From NCBI GenBank assembly GCA_963718565.1, contig OY970364.1, positions 1,184,001 through 1,248,000 of the forward strand: a stretch of DNA of 64,000 nucleotides, read 5' to 3'. Shown piece by piece: positions 57,943 to 64,000 of the stretch. A program made the translations under genes and the position numbers. The notes under the pieces are model-generated. The model worked only from the letters and a program-made list of their open reading frames with translations, was not told the origin of the DNA and ran no database searches. This DNA comes from an uncultured Verrucomicrobiae bacterium (GTDB lineage: Bacteria; Chlamydiota; Chlamydiia; Chlamydiales; Rhabdochlamydiaceae). Numbering within the stretch: the first letter of the stretch is position 1; each line of letters starts with the position of its first letter.

Positions 57943-58347
57943 ATGGATCATCCTTGGTATAAAGATGGACTGCGTTTTAAATGCACAGAATGCGGCCAAT
58001 GCTGCACGGGATTCCCGGGTTATGTCTGGGTCAGTCCGTCCGAGGCCGCAGCCCTAGCGGAATTTTTGAAAATTACCGTCGAGGAGTTCATCCAAAAGTA
58101 TACGCGCCGCATGGGTAATCGCATTTCTCTTAAAGAACAACCTAGAACGTATGATTGTGTCTTTCTCAAGGGAAAAAAATGCCAAGTCTATGGAGTCCGT
58201 CCCAAACAATGCCGTACATTTCCATGGTGGCCGGAAAATCTCAAAACTCCAGATCATTGGAAGGAAACAGCCTCTCATTGCGAAGGCATCAATCACCCCG
58301 ATGCTCCCCTCATCACTTTGGGTGAAATCCAAAAACATCTTCCTTAA
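57943..58347 (+). CDS. YkgJ-family CxxCxxCC cysteine-cluster protein
   Basis: FKCTECGQCC, CVFL, CQVYGVRPKQCRTFPWW. Confidence 0.92.
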   Translation: MDHPWYKDGLRFKCTECGQCCTGFPGYVWVSPSEAAALAEFLKITVEEFIQKYTRRMGNRISLKEQPRTYDCVFLKGKKCQVYGVRPKQCRTFPWWPENLKTPDHWKETASHCEGINHPDAPLITLGEIQKHLP

Positions 58348-58369
58348 GAATAGGTTAAGAGGAATGTTC

Positions 58370-60151
58370 ATGAATAATTCTACAGCGCTTACTCCAGAGA
58401 TTCAAAAAAGAGTTAATTATTGGCTAGAAGGACCCTTTGATGAAAAAACTAAGGCTGAAGTTCGCTCCCTACTCGAAAAAAATCCTCAAGGCCTCGTCGA
58501 CGCTTTTTTCACCGATCTTTCTTTTGGGACCGGCGGCATGCGCGGAATCATGGGCCCTGGGACAACCCGGATGAATATTTATACGATCCGTCTCGCGACA
58601 CAAGGCTTAGCCAATTATTTGCGAAAGCAAAACGACACATCCACACTTTCTGTCTTGATCGGCTTTGATTCTCGGCATCACTCTCAAGAATTTGCCAAAG
58701 AGGCTGCAAGAGTTTTGGCCGGAAATGGCATCCATGTGCATTTGCTCGATGAACTACGTCCAACACCCTATATCTCTTTTTCCTGCCGTTTAAAAAAAGC
58801 TAGCGCCGCGATCATGATCACTGCCTCTCATAATCCCAAAGAATACAATGGCTACAAAGTGTATTGGAGCGATGGAGCTCAAGTCGTCTATCCGCATGAT
58901 GAAGGCATTGTTAAAGAAGCTGAAAAATTAAAGGACCTTTCCACTGTCCGCCTTGCGCCCTTGAGCGATCCTCTGATAGAAATTGTTTCCACTTCTCCTC
59001 TTGACGAGGAATACCTTAAAGCAATCGCCCCTCTTCAGCATTTTCCTCAAGAGAATAAAAAAAACGGCTCCTCTTTGAAGATCATTTACACTAGCCTTCA
59101 CGGCACGGGAATTACCATTGTCCCGAAAGCGCTTAAGCAATGGGGATTTTCTACAATCCAAATGGTAGAAAATCAAATCACCATCGATGGGGATTTCCCA
59201 ACAGTTGCATTTCCGAACCCAGAATACAAAGAAACTCTGAAACTGGGCATTGAGCTTTTGGAACAAACACAATCCGATATCGTCCTTGCCACAGATCCCG
59301 ATGCAGATCGGATTGGCGTCGTCATCAAGCATCAAGGAAAACCCATTCTCATTAATGGGAACGAAATGGCCGCGATTTGCGTCGATTACTTGTGCGAAGT
59401 GTTAACAGCACTTAAAACCCTTCCTCCTAAAGGGGCATTTGTAACAACGATTGTGACAACTGAACTATTAAAAAAAATCGTAGGAGCTTATCAAAAAACC
59501 TGTTTCGAAGTATTGACTGGGTTCAAATATATCGGTGAAAAGATCCATCTTTGGGAAATGTCCAAGGACAGTTACCAATTCATTTTTGGTGCTGAAGAAT
59601 CCTACGGATATTTACTTGGAACACATGCCCGCGACAAGGATGCCATCATCAGTGCCTGTCTGATCGCTGAAATTGCCGCTCGAGCAAAATTACAAAACGA
59701 GACTTTGCTCGATCGTCTCTATAAGATCTATAGAAAATATGGAGTATTCCGCGAAAAGCAGATGTCCATCAACTTCAATCCCGGAAAAGAAGGAATGGAA
59801 CAAATGGCTTCTGTGATGAGACGGTTACGTTCTCACCCTCCGAAAGATATCGCTGGCGCATCTGTTATTTCTCTCGAAGATTATGAAAAACGTCTCCATT
59901 ATGATTTAAAATCGGGAAAAACTCAGCAACTTCAACTTCCTCAATCCGATGTGCTTCTCTTCCGTTTGACAGATTCCACACGACTAGTCATCCGCCCTTC
60001 AGGGACAGAGCCAAAAATTAAGATTTATGCAAGTGTCTGTGCGGAGAGCTTTAAAACAGTCGAGGAAGCAATTCAAGAATGTGATAAGAGACTAGACTTA
60101 TTCCTGAATGCCCTTAAAAAAGATGCATTGAAGAGGGAATTGCAAAACTAA
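58370..60151 (+). CDS. Phosphoglucomutase/phosphomannomutase
   Basis: FGTGGMRG, TASHNP, DPDADR, EESYG, RPSGTEPK; last codons and stop come from a family A TIR. Confidence 0.95.
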   Translation: MNNSTALTPEIQKRVNYWLEGPFDEKTKAEVRSLLEKNPQGLVDAFFTDLSFGTGGMRGIMGPGTTRMNIYTIRLATQGLANYLRKQNDTSTLSVLIGFDSRHHSQEFAKEAARVLAGNGIHVHLLDELRPTPYISFSCRLKKASAAIMITASHNPKEYNGYKVYWSDGAQVVYPHDEGIVKEAEKLKDLSTVRLAPLSDPLIEIVSTSPLDEEYLKAIAPLQHFPQENKKNGSSLKIIYTSLHGTGITIVPKALKQWGFSTIQMVENQITIDGDFPTVAFPNPEYKETLKLGIELLEQTQSDIVLATDPDADRIGVVIKHQGKPILINGNEMAAICVDYLCEVLTALKTLPPKGAFVTTIVTTELLKKIVGAYQKTCFEVLTGFKYIGEKIHLWEMSKDSYQFIFGAEESYGYLLGTHARDKDAIISACLIAEIAARAKLQNETLLDRLYKIYRKYGVFREKQMSINFNPGKEGMEQMASVMRRLRSHPPKDIAGASVISLEDYEKRLHYDLKSGKTQQLQLPQSDVLLFRLTDSTRLVIRPSGTEPKIKIYASVCAESFKTVEEAIQECDKRLDLFLNALKKDALKRELQN

Positions 60152-60438
60152 CGCGAAAAGGACGTTTTTTCGGGATCTTATTTGCTAAAACCTGTTTCAG
60201 ACCCGAAAAACCATCCTTTGTTTCCGACATATGAAATGGAGGCATTATTTCAATGCCTAGCCTCAACACTTTTATTTACACCCGAGGAAAAAGTGTTTAT
60301 GGAGGCAGAATCGCAGCCATTTTTCGAGCGAATTGCGAGATTGACAAAACGGGGTGATTTCCTGGGGGAGATTAAGCTGATTAGCTAAATAATTTCCCCC
60401 AGAAAATCACCCCGTTTTGTTAGTTTTGCAATTCCCTC
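60133..60438. repeat. Composite family A element filling the convergent gap
   Basis: TIRs overlap the 3' ends of both flanking genes; inner subtype-B hairpin 60326-60438; embedded piece of the 2468-2540 MITE at 60241-60280. Confidence 0.85.
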
Positions 60439-62575
60439 ATCTTTCTGGGTATTTGATGCGCAAGTGGCGAGTGACCATCAGAGCTTTGACAATCGATCTT
60501 TTGACTCGGCCTAACTCTTCAAAAGTAAGCTGACATTCATCAAACTGGCCGTCTTCGGCTTTTTCGGCGACAAGCTTATCAACCATGTCGGCGATGGATT
60601 CTTCCGTCACCTCGTCCATCGACCGCGAAGCTGCTTCGACGGTATCCGCAATCATAATGATAGCGGATTCTTTTGACCGCGGTTTGGGTCCAGGATAACG
60701 AAAGGCTTTTTCATTAACTTTTGTCGCATCTCCCCCCATGAGCTCAACTTGTTTGCAATAAAAATAATAAACCATTGTTGTTCCGTGATGCTCTCGGATG
60801 ATGTCGATAAAACTTTGCGGGAGATGGTGTTTTTTACGCGCGAGTGCTTCGCCTTCGGAAACATGCGCAATGATGACATGTGTCGACTCCGCAGGCGTAA
60901 GCAATTGATGGATATTAAATCCCCCGAGTTGATTTTCTGTAAAATAATGAGGATTGAATAGCTTTCCGATATCATGGTAGAGGGTAGAAACACGGCAAAA
61001 AAGTCCGTTGGCACCGATAGAGCGCGCTGCTGATTCTGCAATGTTGCCAACGACAAGACAATGTTGATAAGTTCCTGGCGCCTCAAGACTGAGCCTACGG
61101 AGCAATTCATGATCGGGATCCATATATTCCATGAGAGTCATATCCGTCATGACATGGAAAAGAGACTCTAAAATGGGAAGAAGACCGACAACCAGAATTG
61201 CTGTCACTGCCAGAAAGATAAAACTGCTCAATAGATCTGTCGCAAAATTGAGGGTTTTAAGACCATTGGCGATCAAATTCAATGCAATGATCAAGGGGAT
61301 GAGACTCAGCCAGATTTTGCTACATACAGCAAAGACCTCTTTGCGCTTATGCAGTTTTCTTGCAAAGAGGATTGTGACAAAGGTTGCAAAAAAATTGGTC
61401 AGCAAAAAAGGCACGTCATCGACTGCTAATGTGATTCCATAAACGAACAGTAAGAAAAGAGATGCTACGATCGCTATTTCGCTTCCAATGAGCACGCAAA
61501 TTAAAAGAGCAGAGAAAGGGATAATAAGAGGAAGGCGTATGATTTCAATTAAATCTTTACTTTCATTCAAGAGCAAAAACTCGATCCCTTTGGCCAGGAT
61601 GAGGCTCATCACGATAATCGTTACGAGCAAAACAATTTTTTGCATCGATTTCATCAATTCGCGATGAAAATAATAGAGATAAAAAAGTGCTGCTACTGTC
61701 AAACAAAGCGCGACAATAGCGCTCCCGAGCAAGGTCAAGGGACTCCATAAATTTTGCGCTTCGTTCAGCGCATTTTTCATCGCTTGGACCATCGCAATGT
61801 GTCGTGAGGTGACCTTGTCCCCTTTTTTAATGATCTGGCTTCCTGCGTAAACATGGGTATATCGATCGGGAGTTCCGCGTTGGACCTCTCCTCGTATACT
61901 GCGCTCTAACGCAAAATCTTGTTGGACATGCCAGGGTTGATGGGAAAAGGTTCCCAGCAGATAGTCGATAGTCTCAGAGTGATATTTCTTTTGTTTTGCC
62001 AGCTGCTGCTGAATTTCTTTCCACAAAGGCTGAGGAAGGAGCAATGGTTCGATTTGAGAAGTCGAAGGCTGAATTTGGAAGAAATCGGGAGTGGGGATTT
62101 TAAGCAATTTCATTTTATTCAGAGTACGGCTATCCGCAAATCTAGCTTCGGACAACTCTTCTTCGATTTGATCCAGTAATGTATAGATCTCCTCAAAAGT
62201 ACTACTCGGTAAATCTTGACGCCATTGTTGATGTTCGATCAGAGAATTTTCAAAATCGTGACGAAGTTTTTGTATTTGTTCCTCATCGACCTTATAAATC
62301 GCTCCGATATCCCTCACGGCTTCCTGTTTAAGCGTCTGTGTCGCTTCTTCATCCCAAAAGGAAAAATCTGTTTGCGCAATGACATACCTCGGAGCCGAGG
62401 TGCCAATTTCGAGCATTTCTATGCGCACTTCGCGGAATTGTAAAAAGCAAGTTAAAATGAGGATGAAGCCTAAGGCCAAAATTAGACGTTGCGGAGTGTG
62501 GTTTCCGCCAAGGATTTCTTGCCATCGTTTTTTTTGTGGCGCCGATCGACTGTCGTCGATGTGCTGCTCTTGCAT
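60437..62575 (-). CDS. 7TM-HD (HDIG) membrane phosphohydrolase, PgpH-like
   Basis: Extracytoplasmic domain, TM cluster, EAPGTYQH, YHDIGK, YFTENQ, EHHG, FRYPGPKP, ADTVEAA. Confidence 0.9.
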   Translation of the reverse strand: MQEQHIDDSRSAPQKKRWQEILGGNHTPQRLILALGFILILTCFLQFREVRIEMLEIGTSAPRYVIAQTDFSFWDEEATQTLKQEAVRDIGAIYKVDEEQIQKLRHDFENSLIEHQQWRQDLPSSTFEEIYTLLDQIEEELSEARFADSRTLNKMKLLKIPTPDFFQIQPSTSQIEPLLLPQPLWKEIQQQLAKQKKYHSETIDYLLGTFSHQPWHVQQDFALERSIRGEVQRGTPDRYTHVYAGSQIIKKGDKVTSRHIAMVQAMKNALNEAQNLWSPLTLLGSAIVALCLTVAALFYLYYFHRELMKSMQKIVLLVTIIVMSLILAKGIEFLLLNESKDLIEIIRLPLIIPFSALLICVLIGSEIAIVASLFLLFVYGITLAVDDVPFLLTNFFATFVTILFARKLHKRKEVFAVCSKIWLSLIPLIIALNLIANGLKTLNFATDLLSSFIFLAVTAILVVGLLPILESLFHVMTDMTLMEYMDPDHELLRRLSLEAPGTYQHCLVVGNIAESAARSIGANGLFCRVSTLYHDIGKLFNPHYFTENQLGGFNIHQLLTPAESTHVIIAHVSEGEALARKKHHLPQSFIDIIREHHGTTMVYYFYCKQVELMGGDATKVNEKAFRYPGPKPRSKESAIIMIADTVEAASRSMDEVTEESIADMVDKLVAEKAEDGQFDECQLTFEELGRVKRSIVKALMVTRHLRIKYPER

Positions 62576-62830
62576 TAACTTGCCTTTTTTAGACTGGGCG
62601 CACTATAACTCGCCTGAAGATAATGCCTTGAAACGAGAATTGGATTCCAAACAAAAAAAATTTGATCTCAAGAAAACTTCAAAGCATACCCTTTTGTGCT
62701 ATCGTAGCAAAAAATGTAAAAATTATCCTTGAAGTATCTGACTTAGACTCAATTTAAATTTTAAATCCTCATCTTTTTCAGGTTTGTCTTCTAACCTGTG
62801 ATCACGTATAATTAATTTTTCATCGAGAGG

Positions 62831-64000
62831 ATGATCGTGGATTCGAAACCAAGCAGTTATCAGGTGATCGCGCGCAAATATCGGCCGCAAACTTTTGCCA
62901 GTATTGTTGGCCAAGAAGCAATTGTCACAACATTGAAAAATGGCCTTCGCTCGCATCATTTGGCGCATGCTTATCTTTTTTGCGGCTGCCGAGGCACGGG
63001 CAAGACGACATTGGCACGTGTGTTCGCTAAAGCCTTGAACTGCAACAATCCTTCTCAAGATTTTGAACCTTGTAATGCCTGTTCTTCTTGCCTGGATATT
63101 AACTCCAGCAGATCCCTCGATGTGCTCGAAATCGACGGCGCTTCTAACCGCGGCATCGATGATATCCGACAGATCAATGAAACCATCGGCTACGCCGCTG
63201 CATCCGGAAAATATAAAATCTACATCATTGACGAAGTTCACATGCTGACAAAAGAGGCTTTCAATGCCCTTTTGAAAACGCTGGAAGAACCTCCTGCCAA
63301 TGTCAAATTTTTCTTCGCTACAACTGAGCCACATAAAGTTCTTCCTACGATTATTAGCCGCTGCCAGCGATTTGATTTGAGCCGCATCCCTTTTGAGGCT
63401 TTGAAGAAAAAATTAGCTTGGATCGCCCAGGATTTAAATGTGCTGTGCGAAGAAGATCTGTTTTCTTTAATTGCTAATCTTTCTGAAGGTTCACTAAGGG
63501 ATGCCGAATCTCTTTTTGATCAAATCATCTGCTATGCTGAGCAACCGATTACTGCAGCTAAAGTCTCAGCTACGCTTGGTCTAATGCCCCGAACAGCCTT
63601 TTTTACATTGGACAAAGCTTTTGAAGAGCAAAATCTCTCTGTTGCATTCGAACTCGCTAATGACATTTTCTCATCCGGTAAAGACCTTTCCCATTTTATC
63701 GATCACTTGATCGAACACTACCGCTGCCTTCTCAAACTCAAACTGAATGAGTCCGTGAACTTTCCCACCGCTAAGCTCAAAGAGCAATATGGTTTTTCTA
63801 CTTCAACTTACACGGAAGAACAGTGCCTTTACATTCTTGATTTCCTGATCCACTGGCAACAACAATTAGTTAAAACTTCCCTTAAGCAAGTCAGTTTGGA
63901 AATGATCCTACTCCATATCATCCGTTCTAAATATCGGATTACCTTACCGCAGCTTATCCGAAGGTTAACTGAATTAGAACAGAAGTCAGTTCAAACATCT
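62831..64000 (+). CDS. dnaX: DNA polymerase III subunit gamma/tau (partial, runs off window end)
   Basis: Translated by eye: YQVIARKYRPQTF, GCRGTGKTT, EIDGASNRG, IIDEVHML, LLKTLEEPP, SRCQ. Confidence 0.96.
   Translation, partial: MIVDSKPSSYQVIARKYRPQTFASIVGQEAIVTTLKNGLRSHHLAHAYLFCGCRGTGKTTLARVFAKALNCNNPSQDFEPCNACSSCLDINSSRSLDVLEIDGASNRGIDDIRQINETIGYAAASGKYKIYIIDEVHMLTKEAFNALLKTLEEPPANVKFFFATTEPHKVLPTIISRCQRFDLSRIPFEALKKKLAWIAQDLNVLCEEDLFSLIANLSEGSLRDAESLFDQIICYAEQPITAAKVSATLGLMPRTAFFTLDKAFEEQNLSVAFELANDIFSSGKDLSHFIDHLIEHYRCLLKLKLNESVNFPTAKLKEQYGFSTSTYTEEQCLYILDFLIHWQQQLVKTSLKQVSLEMILLHIIRSKYRITLPQLIRRLTELEQKSVQTS

Noticed and set aside
289..60438. Family A repeats considered as CRISPR repeats or integron attC sites
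   Set aside because: Dispersed among core genes in both orientations, no regular spacing, no integrase or cas genes
62723..63334. 203-aa - strand ORF
   Set aside because: Antisense to dnaX, which is absent from the ORF track apparently because it runs off the window end

Overview
Bacterial chromosomal window, inferred to be from an environmental member of Chlamydiota. The evidence is a SWIB-domain gene and a chlamydia-like gene order (lysS/cysS/aas; Nudix-fabF-rsfS; miaA-khpA-ftsQ-murC-murG-ftsW-LysM-murD-mraY-murF; groEL paralogue near a metallophosphoesterase). Positions ~23-64 kb are mostly core genes. Positions ~1-23 kb are accessory-rich: an IS3 interrupted by a second IS, an internally deleted IS607 (tnpA/tnpB), an ISAs1 splitting a gene, a His-rich mini-lipoprotein, a Cys-rich lipoprotein coupled to a VKOR-like/thioredoxin fusion, a large protein with a cryptic Cys/Met-metabolism PLP domain, and a sterol-methyltransferase-like gene. 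The dominant unexplained structure is a dense population of palindromic miniature elements in many intergenic regions. At least four TA-associated families occur, plus two hairpin MITEs with 8- and 10-bp target duplications. They nest, share internal modules, collapse to 18-26-bp scars, overlap stop codons, and add in-frame peptides to nadC, nadD, a phosphomutase and an exported protein. No CRISPR array or rRNA was seen; one tRNA-Cys was found. All family assignments come from motif recognition by eye, not database searches.
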